A stretch of DNA of 64,000 nt from Candidatus Hydrogenedentota bacterium (GTDB lineage Bacteria; Hydrogenedentota; Hydrogenedentia; Hydrogenedentales; SLHB01): contig CAXXYE010000004.1 in NCBI GenBank assembly GCA_963674865.2, positions 640,001 through 704,000 on the forward strand, written 5' to 3'. Of the stretch, positions 1 through 9,366 are shown one piece after another. Position 1 is the first letter of the stretch. Each line of letters begins with the position of its first letter. The notes under the pieces were generated by a model. It ran no database searches and was not told the DNA's origin. It saw nothing but the letters and a program-made list of their open reading frames with translations. Position numbers and translations under genes: made by a program.

Positions 1-3000
1 ATGTCCTGAAAAATGCCGTGGAGGCGTACACTCTTCCCGTTGCGGAACTCAGGTTTGCCGATGGTATGCGCCCACAGCTTGCGTCCCTTCGCCGTGACGA
101 AGGGGATCTCCATATCGTAAGGGATCCCCTCTTCTTTCGCCCGCCGGATGGCCTCAGCCAACTCCTCCCGCGCGTCAGGAAAAAAGTCTATGGCCTCTTC
201 AAGGGATGGTACATAGTCGGCCGGGACTTCATGGATGGCCCTGGTCGTATCCGTCCAGATCACGGTGTTGTCGTTGAGGTCGATCTCCCAGCCGCCAACG
301 CGCGCCATATCGCCGGTTTCGTTCAGGAGTTCGTGCGCTTTAAGCAACTCCTGTTCGGCCTTCTTGCGCTCGGTAATGTCGGCGGAAACTCCGCATAGGG
401 CGACCGCATTCCCGTTCTCGTCTCGAACGATCTGTGTGTGACAGTCCATGATGAGTTCACGGCCATCGGCGGTTCGATTGATAACTTCGCCGCGCCACTC
501 TCCGTCGCGAAGTGTCTCTTCGATGATCGCCTCTTGTGTGGCCCCCCGCGCCGGATCATCGCCAAAGGCTTTCACGGACCTTCCAATGAGTTCGTCGCGC
601 GAATAGCCCAGGACCTTCACCTCGGCTTCGTTCACATACGTGATGACGCCGTTGAGATCCGTCACCACCACGCAGTCCCTTGTCTGCTCCAATACAAGTC
701 CATGCAGCCGCAGTTCCGCCTCTGCTTGCTTCTGCGCGGTAACGTCCTGAACGGACCCGAAGAGCCGGACGACGCGGCCATCATCGGCCTTCTCTGGAAA
801 ACCCCGCGCCACGCAAATTCTTGTCGTGCCATCAGCACGGATAGCGCGCAGTTCGAGTTCGTATGGCGTGCCGTCCTTTAGAGCGGCGTCAACGGCCGCG
901 CGAAGCCGCTCCATGTCTTCAAGCGGATACAACTGGGAATGTTCGGCGTACGAGGGAGCGCCCTTGCCCGGCTCGCGCCCGAAGATGCGGAACAGTTCCT
1001 CCGACCAGGTCACCGTGTCGGTGCTGGGATCCCACTCCCAACTACCGATATGCGAGATGCTTTCGGTGCGGGCCAGCATTGCCCGACTCTCGCGAAGGGC
1101 CACTTCATGTCTTCGCTCCTGCGTAATGTCCCTGGCCGTGGACAGCGCACCGACAGTATTGCCCGCTTCGTCCTTCAGGCCACGGCACCACCAAGCCAGG
1201 AGCCGCTCTTGCCCGTCCTTGCGCCGCTGCAGACTCTCGACATAGATGGTGTTCTCTTGGCCGTCGAAAACAGGCTCCACTACACGGTAGGTTTCCTGCT
1301 CGCCGACGAAATACTCGGCCGCTTCGCGCCCGATCACGTCGTCGCCGAAGAACGCGTAACCGGCTGGATTGGCCCAGACGTACACCTTGTTCGCGTCGGT
1401 CTCCATCACGATATCCGGGATCTCTTCCAGCATGGCCTGATGGCGGCCCGATAGCGCAGCCAGATCCGACGTGCGCGCCGCGACCTGCTTGCGCAGGCTC
1501 CACGACCATAGAAGCGTCAACAGCGCGATGGCCGCTAGCGGCCCGGCAACCAGGGCCATGTAGGTGAGCGCTTTGCGTAGCCTGAATGCCTCCTCGCCGT
1601 ATGCGCCAAGCCATTTCTCTTGGATACGGCGGCGTTCCTCGGTGAGCGCAACGGCATTCAGACCTTCTTCGAGTTCCGATAACAGGGCGCGATTCCCGTG
1701 CGAAACGGCAAAGCAGTACTCCGGCGACATCAGCGGAGTACGCCCAACAACCAAGTTGTCCCAACCTTCGCGCTCAATCAAGTAGAACGCCGTCATCCGC
1801 GCCATCAATGCGCAATCGTACTGCCCTTCCGCAAGCGCACGGAGAGCGTCTTCCGGAGCATCCACCGTGGCAAGTCCGCCCGTCAGGCCATGCTCACGAG
1901 CATAATCGTGCATGATGTCGCCGTCCTGAACGACGATGCGTTTTCCCTGTAGCTCGGTGGCCGAAGACGGGGGAGGTCCTTCGCCCTTGCGCACCACGCT
2001 CACGCGATGGTTCACGATGTGGGCTTGCGAGAAGTCAAGGACAAGGTCGCGTTCAGGCGAGTAGTATGCGCCCAGCAAGGCATCGATATCGCCGCGTTCG
2101 AGAGCTTCCCGCATCTCGGCCCAGGGGCCGAGATGGATGCGTATATCGAGGCCGGCGGCGGCGGCAACGGCGCGCATCAAGTCCACGTTATAGCCCGTAG
2201 GATGTCCCTCATCGTCCAAGAACTCGAAGGGGGGATAGTTGTGATCGCCGCCGACGAGGATAGGCCTGTCCGAGGGCAGTTCGTAGGCGGCGAACCACTT
2301 GGCATGGAGATGTCGATATGTCCCGTCGGCCATGACGATGGCGAGGCCCTCGTTGAGGAGAGCCAACGTGTCTCGATCGCCCTCCCTGACGGCAAAGCAG
2401 AAGTCCTGACGAAAACCTTCAACAGGCCTCTCAATGACTCTAAGGTTCGTCAGGCCGGTTTCGTGGATGAGCCGCAAGGCCACGAGCCGCTGCGAGACCA
2501 CCGCATCGTAGCGCCCTCCGCTTAGTTGGCGGAACGCTTCCTCAAAAGTGCCGGTGGCGTGGATCGCCAGCCCGCGGTCCTCCCGACGCAGGAACTCCTC
2601 GGCATTGTCGCCCTTCATGACGGCAACCTGCCGGCCCCGTAGATCACTCATCGTGCGGATGTCTGTAACATCCTTACGCACCACGATGGCCCCGTGAAGC
2701 GACATATAGGGAAAAGTGAAGTCGAAAAGCGCCTCGCGCTCCGGCGTTCGGCCGACAAGCGGCAAGACCTCAATCTCACCTCGCTCGAGCCAGCCGCGCA
2801 CCTCAGCCCATTGCCCGGTGCGAAAAGAGACTTCGCGATCCATACGGGCCATTGCCGCCCGCAGCAGCTCCACGGAAAAACCCCCGGCCTGCCCCTCCTC
2901 ATCTACAATGCAGAAAGGAGGATAATCGACCTCGCACCCGCTTGTAAGAGAGGAACCGGCAGCCAAGGCCAACGAGAGCCGGAAGAAGAGTAGGAGTCCC

Positions 3001-3080
3001 AGAGCCAGACAAAGAGCCACCGGATACGGGGAAAACAACCGCTCCGCCGGCCATCTGTCTCTGCGCCCAAGTGCCGTCAT
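1..3080 (-). CDS. Multi-sensor signalling protein, N-terminal part (2 family-3 solute-binding domains, TM helix, at least 4 PAS/PAC domains); probably a histidine kinase; runs off the left edge
   Basis: Manual translation from ATG 3080 is open to position 3 (1026 codons). Hydrophobic leader, SGCEVDYPPFC and VGGDHNYPPFEF SBP_bac_3 starts, TM ALVAGPLAAIALLTLLWSW, PAC ends RDITQER, QDVTAQK, ADITERK, GIFQD. Output domain lies outside the window. Confidence 0.9.
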   Translation of the reverse strand, partial: MTALGRRDRWPAERLFSPYPVALCLALGLLLFFRLSLALAAGSSLTSGCEVDYPPFCIVDEEGQAGGFSVELLRAAMARMDREVSFRTGQWAEVRGWLERGEIEVLPLVGRTPEREALFDFTFPYMSLHGAIVVRKDVTDIRTMSDLRGRQVAVMKGDNAEEFLRREDRGLAIHATGTFEEAFRQLSGGRYDAVVSQRLVALRLIHETGLTNLRVIERPVEGFRQDFCFAVREGDRDTLALLNEGLAIVMADGTYRHLHAKWFAAYELPSDRPILVGGDHNYPPFEFLDDEGHPTGYNVDLMRAVAAAAGLDIRIHLGPWAEMREALERGDIDALLGAYYSPERDLVLDFSQAHIVNHRVSVVRKGEGPPPSSATELQGKRIVVQDGDIMHDYAREHGLTGGLATVDAPEDALRALAEGQYDCALMARMTAFYLIEREGWDNLVVGRTPLMSPEYCFAVSHGNRALLSELEEGLNAVALTEERRRIQEKWLGAYGEEAFRLRKALTYMALVAGPLAAIALLTLLWSWSLRKQVAARTSDLAALSGRHQAMLEEIPDIVMETDANKVYVWANPAGYAFFGDDVIGREAAEYFVGEQETYRVVEPVFDGQENTIYVESLQRRKDGQERLLAWWCRGLKDEAGNTVGALSTARDITQERRHEVALRESRAMLARTESISHIGSWEWDPSTDTVTWSEELFRIFGREPGKGAPSYAEHSQLYPLEDMERLRAAVDAALKDGTPYELELRAIRADGTTRICVARGFPEKADDGRVVRLFGSVQDVTAQKQAEAELRLHGLVLEQTRDCVVVTDLNGVITYVNEAEVKVLGYSRDELIGRSVKAFGDDPARGATQEAIIEETLRDGEWRGEVINRTADGRELIMDCHTQIVRDENGNAVALCGVSADITERKKAEQELLKAHELLNETGDMARVGGWEIDLNDNTVIWTDTTRAIHEVPADYVPSLEEAIDFFPDAREELAEAIRRAKEEGIPYDMEIPFVTAKGRKLWAHTIGKPEFRNGKSVRLHGIFQD

Positions 3081-3570
3081 TGCGCCAATCCAGTGGGAGG
3101 TGAGGACATCTGCGTACAGTAACTGCGTCACGAGCCAAGGGGTCGTGAACTCTAGACTAGTCGGAAACACCGCAATCGGTCAAGCCCGAGGAAGCCGGAG
3201 AATGCCGGCAGTAGATCCAGTTAAGGCCCTGCCCGGCCTGAGTTTCCGCGAATTTCCCGCAGGTTTCTTGACAATGAGGGCCTCTACTCAGACAATATCC
3301 TGCCTTTTTTGTTCGTGTATGGGACGGAACCAGATTGCGACGCCGCTGACCGCCGCAGGGAGGTGGTGTATTTTTTGCTTTTCTGCTATCGCACATGAAA
3401 TGAAATGGCGCCGCCAAGCGTTAATAGTCACGAGTTTGTGTAGGAATATTTTATTGCGCTGCGGTGTTTTTATGCCTGCGGCGACAATGGAATAAGGATA
3501 GTGCTGTTCTGCCTGCGCGGAAACTCAACAAAAGTAGCGCGGGCCGGAAGACGCTTCGTAGGCACAACGC

Positions 3571-4359
3571 ATGGATGGGGTGAATCAGCTCATGGATTGT
3601 GAGAGCGAATCGCAGGGAACTTCCCAAGTGGGCGAGTTCTTTGAACTTCCTAAAGCCGTTTCCAGGCACATCAAAGACTGTGCGCACGCCCATGATGCCG
3701 ACAATCCGGCTTGCCCCTTGTGCCTCAAGTACCTTTGGATTTACGTCTCCGATAAGGGCCTTAGGCGAGCTGGCGACGGGCCGCATCATCACCTATCCAG
3801 CGAGGAGTGGCTCGGGGTCGTTGATGAAGCCGCCTCCCTCGGCGCACATTGCCTCGTACTTTGCGTTGAAGGGCCGTTAGGCGCCCACCCTGAGGTCTGG
3901 AAGCTATGCCGCTGGGCTCAGGAAGCCTACGCCATGCACGTCGGCATCTACATCTTCGACGGGACCCCCTCCGAGGCCGACGTTAAGGAACTTACCTCCC
4001 TGGACAAGAGCAAGACGTGCTTGCTCGTCGACAGCGACCACGAGAAAACTGTCCAATTCGTCGAGGACTTGGGCATTCGCGTGTGTCCGGCCGACGTAGA
4101 CCCCCAAGAGCAATGCCCCCCCTGTGATCTCCCGCAAAGCGTCATTTGCGTCGGCGCCGAAGGCGTCATGTACACCTGCGGCCTCGTGCTCGGAGACAAC
4201 CGCTTCAACCTGGGCCACATTTCTGATAAGCCCCTGGAAGCCGTCGTGAACGATGATTCCCTGCCGCACACAATCCCGGGAAGCGTCACGTGCTCAAAGA
4301 AAGGTTGCAGCGCCTGTCCGCCAATCATGGCCAAACGCGTCCTGGAAGGCCACGAATAA
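3571..4359 (+). CDS. Radical SAM/SPASM-like Cys-rich protein lacking the canonical CX3CX2C motif
   Basis: LSSEEWLGVVDEAASLG resembles PqqE-type rSAM helices; C-terminal CDLPQSVICVGAEGVMYTC...NLGHI...CSKKGCSACP resembles SPASM/twitch. Confidence 0.7.
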   Translation: MDGVNQLMDCESESQGTSQVGEFFELPKAVSRHIKDCAHAHDADNPACPLCLKYLWIYVSDKGLRRAGDGPHHHLSSEEWLGVVDEAASLGAHCLVLCVEGPLGAHPEVWKLCRWAQEAYAMHVGIYIFDGTPSEADVKELTSLDKSKTCLLVDSDHEKTVQFVEDLGIRVCPADVDPQEQCPPCDLPQSVICVGAEGVMYTCGLVLGDNRFNLGHISDKPLEAVVNDDSLPHTIPGSVTCSKKGCSACPPIMAKRVLEGHE

Positions 4360-4370
4360 ACCGCCACAGA

Positions 4371-4521
4371 GGAGCTGTTGAAAAAGTCGCATTCGCCCCA
4401 GAGGTCGAGCGAAACACCGGGACTGTCCCAAACGGAGTCCGCCGCAGGCGGACGCAGACGGGGCTGTCCCAGGTCCTTTCGCGGCCTGCATCTGGCGACT
4501 CTCGACTTTTTCAACGGCCCC
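4371..4521. mobile_element. 151-bp MITE-like element with 19-bp terminal inverted repeats and 5-bp flanking direct repeat
   Basis: Left GGAGCTGTTGAAAAAGTCG (4371-4389) matches the reverse complement of 4503-4521 at 17/19; ACAGA at 4366-4370 and 4522-4526. Confidence 0.75.
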
Positions 4522-4631
4522 ACAGACACACCCCAAGCGTTATTTCCACGTCCTGTTAGCTACTCTTACCCACAATCGCCGACGAACGCACGGCACAATG
4601 GGCAACCCTACCCCCGGTTCTCATCGCTTTC

Positions 4632-4660
4632 TTGACACGCCCTAAGCGGTATGCTAACAT
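4632..4660 (+). promoter_or_regulatory. Sigma70-type promoter of the tRNA-Gly/tRNA-Lys pair
   Basis: TTGACA-17 bp-TAACAT with extended TG, 14 bp before the tRNA. Confidence 0.75.
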
Positions 4661-4674
4661 TCCGCTCGTACTGA

Positions 4675-4749
<75 letters not shown>

Positions 4750-4764
4750 TTTTGTTTTTCCTGC

Positions 4765-4840
4765 GGGCCGCTAGCTCAGTTGGTAGAGCAGGTGACTCTT
4801 AATCACAAGGTCGGGGGTTCGATCCCCTCGCGGCCCACCA
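4765..4840 (+). tRNA. tRNA-Lys(CTT)
   Basis: GGGCCGC/GCGGCCC acceptor, loop CTCTTAA, GTTCGAT T-loop, ACCA end. Confidence 0.97.
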
Positions 4841-4848
4841 TTGAAAAT

Positions 4849-4884
4849 AAAGGGCTTACGCAATAGCGTAGGCCCTTTTCCTTT
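4849..4884 (+). terminator. Intrinsic terminator after the tRNA pair
   Basis: AAAGGGCTTACGC-AATA-GCGTAGGCCCTTT hairpin followed by a T-rich tract. Confidence 0.7.
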
Positions 4885-4935
4885 CACCCGCCCCGCCGCC
4901 GTTCTCCCCCAAGACGACGGGCCATTCCGGAGACG

Positions 4936-7323
4936 CTAGCGGCTAGCCGGTTCTCGCTGCACGCCCGCCTCTTTGAGGTGGGCCGGTATCGTGTCCATGC
5001 GCATGAGCCACACTTCCCCGACTTGGCATCCCCGCTTCTCCACCAGATTCCACCGGAGTTGGAGCCGGCCGTCGGCCGTGGCCTCCTTCGGAACGAGAAA
5101 GTTCAGCGGGGCAATCGGTTGCGGCATTGCGAGCGCGCCGTGGATCTCACGCATTCCGTCGGCCGTAAGCGTCATCGTCGGCCGGTAGCGCCCCGCATAG
5201 GTGACGCGTAAGACATACTGGGCATCTTTGTCCAGCCCGTCGTACCGCATGAGGAGCGGCGTACCGAACAGCGTCTCGGCAACCTGTATCCACGACAGAC
5301 GTTTGCCCTGCGTTCGGCCGTCAACGCCCTCGCGCGGCGAATGCACACGCCCAGGATCCGATTCCCACGGCATCTGATGGACGAGATGCTGCTGCCGCCC
5401 GGCGCAGCCCAGGTTGTCGTACGAGCCCCCTTCGCCGGCGTCTTCCCAGTGGACAATAGCGTCGATGCGGGCCAGCCGCGCACCATCGGACGGCAGCGAG
5501 GCAAGGGCGTCGAGTTCCGACTCGATCCAGGAGCGGTTGGTGACGGGCTCATCCATCTTATCCAGGACCGCGCCCCGCTCCGAATTGTGCGCCAGGAAAG
5601 GCGCGGCCGTTGCAGGTTGGAAGCCGATGCGGTTGAAGAGCCTCAGGGCGAGGTCCTCGATAGCCTTTCTGAGTTCCGGGTCGACCGGCCCGTCGGCTCG
5701 GGCAAGGGCAGCGCGCGCCCGCTCGACGGCCGTCTGCCAATCCGTTTCACGCGCAGCCGCAAGCGCCGCGAGGGCTTCGACCTCGTGTCCGCGCTCCGCG
5801 ATGACCTTCTGACGCACCCAGTCATCAAAAAGCGCTCGGAAGCAGTAGAGCTGCACCCGCCAATTATCTTGGAGGTCAGGCTCCTCAAGCAGCGACGTCC
5901 AGAGCGCGCGGGCCTCGGGAATAGCTTGGTTTGCGGCCGGGTCGCCCTTCCAGGAGTCTTCGAGCATCAGGAGGGCCTTCTGGCCGGTTTCGGCGAAGCG
6001 GTCGCCGATGAACGCCGAGGCGTATTCCCGCGCCATAGCCTCGGCGCTCAAGGTGTCATCCCAACCGAGAAGACTGAACACCGCCTTGTTTGCGTCGTCG
6101 TTGACGCCCTCGGAATAGGTGAGGAAACCGCCGTCGGCAAGTCCTTCAAAGAGCTTGTAGATATGGGCAAAGTCATGGAACCTCGGGCAGATCGGCTCGC
6201 GTCCTTGAAGAATGCCGAACGCGATATTCCATTCGGAGACGGGATACTGGCAGCGGAGCGTATGCGTGATGTCGGGATACCGGCGCACAGGAATCGACTC
6301 CGGCGTTCTCCGCCGCTCTTCGGCGAAATCGCATTTCGCCCACGGCGCAAACACGACGCCGCCCAGCCAGGACACGTCGTGCTCTTCCATGTATGCGAAG
6401 AAAAAGTCGTTCTGCTCCGGCGTGAAGCCTTGGTTCGACACCTGGAGCAGCGCCTTCGGATGCTCCTCATGCAGCACGCCCGCCATCTTCTCGAGGAAAG
6501 GCATGAGCACCTCCGGCGGCGTGTCTCCCGGATCCCCACCCGGCACAAACACCCCGGCCAGGTGCGGCGTATTCCGAAAGATGGCCCGGTGTTTTCTGAG
6601 GACCTCCTCCTCCGTGGCGGGATCAGACACATCTTCCGGCAACTCGACGTAGAGCCAGAACTCGAGGCCGTATTCACCGATCAGTTCGGATAGCCTGCGG
6701 TTCATCTCGGTCTTGGTAGACAGCATGTGCGGGCTGTCGAGTTCATCGTAGATATCATTGCCGGAACGCAGCTCAATCGCATTGCATCCCAGGATGATCT
6801 GATCGCGGATGTATTCGTGCCACGCATCGAAATCCCACGCGTCGAAGGTGTTAACCAGGCTGCGGTAGGCCACCTGGTGGCCGCGCAAAGGCGTCACAGG
6901 CGCCGCGGTGACGTCCATCTCCGGATCGGCCAGCACGACGCCACGATCGAGATACAGCAACCGGACAAGCCGCCCGGCCCCGAACACAACGCCCCGAAGG
7001 TCGTTCCCAATAACGCGGAGTACAAGCCGAGGAGAGCGTTCCACGCGTATCGAGTAGCCCTCCGGCGTCCCGCCTTTCCCCACCTCCAGCGTGATCAAAG
7101 GCGCTTCGCCGGACGGCTCCGACGAGATCGCCAGACGGACGCCGCTGCGCTCCTCTATCTCCGTCTGCAGCAATGCCGCCGCCCGGGCCATCGCGGCTTC
7201 ATTGCCCTGCAACGTGATTAGCGAGGAGGAGAAATCGACCCAGCTCGTGGGCGTTTCGCAAAGCCCTTGCGCCGCAGCCAAGGAAACCACCGTGATTAAG
7301 AGAGCAACTCTGTTTCTCATCAT
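4936..7323 (-). CDS. Secreted glycoside hydrolase-like protein (GH20/GH67-type N-terminal domain, TIM-barrel-like core, C-terminal beta module)
   Basis: Signal-like MMRNRVALLITVVSLAAAQG; EGYSIRV...VIGNDLRGVVFGAGRL motif typical of GH20b-like N-domains. Start chosen at ATG 7323. Confidence 0.7.
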   Translation of the reverse strand: MMRNRVALLITVVSLAAAQGLCETPTSWVDFSSSLITLQGNEAAMARAAALLQTEIEERSGVRLAISSEPSGEAPLITLEVGKGGTPEGYSIRVERSPRLVLRVIGNDLRGVVFGAGRLVRLLYLDRGVVLADPEMDVTAAPVTPLRGHQVAYRSLVNTFDAWDFDAWHEYIRDQIILGCNAIELRSGNDIYDELDSPHMLSTKTEMNRRLSELIGEYGLEFWLYVELPEDVSDPATEEEVLRKHRAIFRNTPHLAGVFVPGGDPGDTPPEVLMPFLEKMAGVLHEEHPKALLQVSNQGFTPEQNDFFFAYMEEHDVSWLGGVVFAPWAKCDFAEERRRTPESIPVRRYPDITHTLRCQYPVSEWNIAFGILQGREPICPRFHDFAHIYKLFEGLADGGFLTYSEGVNDDANKAVFSLLGWDDTLSAEAMAREYASAFIGDRFAETGQKALLMLEDSWKGDPAANQAIPEARALWTSLLEEPDLQDNWRVQLYCFRALFDDWVRQKVIAERGHEVEALAALAAARETDWQTAVERARAALARADGPVDPELRKAIEDLALRLFNRIGFQPATAAPFLAHNSERGAVLDKMDEPVTNRSWIESELDALASLPSDGARLARIDAIVHWEDAGEGGSYDNLGCAGRQQHLVHQMPWESDPGRVHSPREGVDGRTQGKRLSWIQVAETLFGTPLLMRYDGLDKDAQYVLRVTYAGRYRPTMTLTADGMREIHGALAMPQPIAPLNFLVPKEATADGRLQLRWNLVEKRGCQVGEVWLMRMDTIPAHLKEAGVQREPASR

Positions 7324-7529
7324 CCCACTCCCCAGGTACACGCCTCGGACTTTGGGCAACTCGGATGCCGGTTTGTCAGTGTCAGGCCCATAGCATAGGC
7401 TACGTGGCGGGTCCTGCTTCTTCAAGCCGTCTCGCAGGCCGTTGCGCGAAGTACTCTTCTTTGGCGTCCAGCAAACCTAATCGCCTATACTCCGCGGTGT
7501 AGCAGGCGCACGCAAGGAGCACGGGCACA

Positions 7530-9260
7530 ATGAGACACACCGCCATTCTGCTGGCATCATTCTTGACCTCAGTAACACTCTTCGGCTCTCGCGCAGAGGC
7601 GGCACCACCGGAGTCCGGGCGCATCGAGGTCTACGCTCAGGCAGCCACAGTGCGCTTCCCCGTGGAGCGAGGACGTGCGCGCAAGACCTCCGCAAAGATC
7701 GAAAGCGCCCGGAACGAAGTCGAGTCCTTTCAACTCATCATCACGGCACGCGAAAACCAACTTCACGAGGTCATGGTGGAAACCGACGGGCTCAACAGCG
7801 ACGGGGGGGAGCACATCACAAGAAAGGACTTCGCGTTTTTCCGCGTGGTCGGCATTCCCGTGCGTCAATCGTCCCCGCACGCCGCCTTGCCCAAAGGGAT
7901 GTTCCCAGATGCGCTGGTTCCTTTCACTGACGCCATTACAGGCGACGCCATCCCGGCCAGCCGCTGGATTTCTTCGAGGGAGCAATTGCCCGGCGCGCGG
8001 TTCGGCGGCGCACCCATCCGCGCCATCCCCCCGGGCGGCAGCGAGACGATATGGGTGGACATCCGCGTACCTGCCGACGCCAGTCCGGGCGTCTATACAG
8101 GCAGCCTCCGCATTACGGCCGCGAACGCCGTGGAAGCCCGGCTCCCGGTGCAACTCGAAGTCTGGGACTTCACGCTTCCCGATGCACCCACCCATACCAA
8201 CCACTTCGGGGGCATGATCCACGGAGCACGCCATCTTGGCCTTGCACCCGGCTCGGATGAGTACAACCGGATGGAAAGTCGTTTGGCCGATCTGTTCTAT
8301 GAGCACCGCTTGACGCCTCGCCTCCCTCGCCGACTGCAACCGCCGCCCGAGCCCGACGGAGCCGTGCTCTTCCCGAAAGAGATCGAGCGCGGCATCGACG
8401 CGTTCGTGGGCAAGTACCGCATCAAGAATCTCGAAGTCCCGCGAGCGCCTTTTCGTGACAACCAGACGGAAGAGATCGCACATTTCTATCGCTCGTGGTA
8501 CGCCTTTCTGGAGAGAAAAGAACTGAACGAAGAGAGCTTCGTGTACCTCTACGATGAGCCTAACTCAAAGGAAGCGTACGACAAGGTGCGCGCTCAAGCC
8601 GCCGTCGTTCACGCGGCCGTGCCTGCCCTGCGCTGCTTAGTGGTGGAGCAGACTTACACCCAGGACCCGGAGTGGGGGACGCTGATAGGGGCCGTCGACA
8701 TCTGGTGTCCACTTTTCGGCTTCGTCGACGAGGAGACGATAGGCGAAGCGCTTCAACGAGGGGAGCAAGTGTGGAGTTATACCGCCCTGGTTCAACCCGC
8801 CCCCGAATACCATCCTCACGCCGCGGAACTGAAAGGCAAATACCCGCCCATCTGGCTGATCGATTTCCCCGTCACGGCCTATCGCGTGGCGCCATGGCTC
8901 AACCGCAGATACAACATCAACGGCCTCCTCTACTGGGCAACGACCTACTGGAGCCCGCGGGAGCGCAATCCTTGGAACGACCCAGCGTTGAGGCTCGTCT
9001 GGAACGGCGAAGGCGCCTTGTTCTATCCGGGCGCGGCTATCGGCATCGACGATATCGTGCCTACCATCCGCCTCAAGATGCTCCGAGACGGCATGGAGGA
9101 TTACGAGTACTTCGCCCTACTCGACAAGGCCGGCAAAGGAGAGCAAGTGGAAAGGGCCGTGCGCAAAGTGGCCCCCTCCTGGCACCAATGGCGGCAAGCT
9201 CCCCGCACCATACTCAAGATACGCCGAAAACTGGCGAAGGCCATCCTGAGATTGCAGTGA
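7530..9260 (+). CDS. Secreted DUF4091 / GH123-like glycoside hydrolase
   Basis: Signal peptide; ARNEVESFQL, YLYDEP, GLLYW, NGEGALFYPG, RLKMLRDGMEDYEY motifs. Confidence 0.8.
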   Translation: MRHTAILLASFLTSVTLFGSRAEAAPPESGRIEVYAQAATVRFPVERGRARKTSAKIESARNEVESFQLIITARENQLHEVMVETDGLNSDGGEHITRKDFAFFRVVGIPVRQSSPHAALPKGMFPDALVPFTDAITGDAIPASRWISSREQLPGARFGGAPIRAIPPGGSETIWVDIRVPADASPGVYTGSLRITAANAVEARLPVQLEVWDFTLPDAPTHTNHFGGMIHGARHLGLAPGSDEYNRMESRLADLFYEHRLTPRLPRRLQPPPEPDGAVLFPKEIERGIDAFVGKYRIKNLEVPRAPFRDNQTEEIAHFYRSWYAFLERKELNEESFVYLYDEPNSKEAYDKVRAQAAVVHAAVPALRCLVVEQTYTQDPEWGTLIGAVDIWCPLFGFVDEETIGEALQRGEQVWSYTALVQPAPEYHPHAAELKGKYPPIWLIDFPVTAYRVAPWLNRRYNINGLLYWATTYWSPRERNPWNDPALRLVWNGEGALFYPGAAIGIDDIVPTIRLKMLRDGMEDYEYFALLDKAGKGEQVERAVRKVAPSWHQWRQAPRTILKIRRKLAKAILRLQ

Positions 9261-9366
9261 CGGCACGAGGGAAATGTTGGCCCAACGCGCCCTGTTGCGG
9301 TTATGATGGGGGCCGCGATGGGCGCATGACGAGTAGCACGGGCACGCAGAAACGCGTAGGGGCGCC

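Noticed and set aside
3100..3495. RiPP precursor peptide for the radical SAM-like gene
   Set aside because: AT-rich promoter-like intergenic DNA, no RBS or precursor pattern, and the enzyme lacks its catalytic motif.
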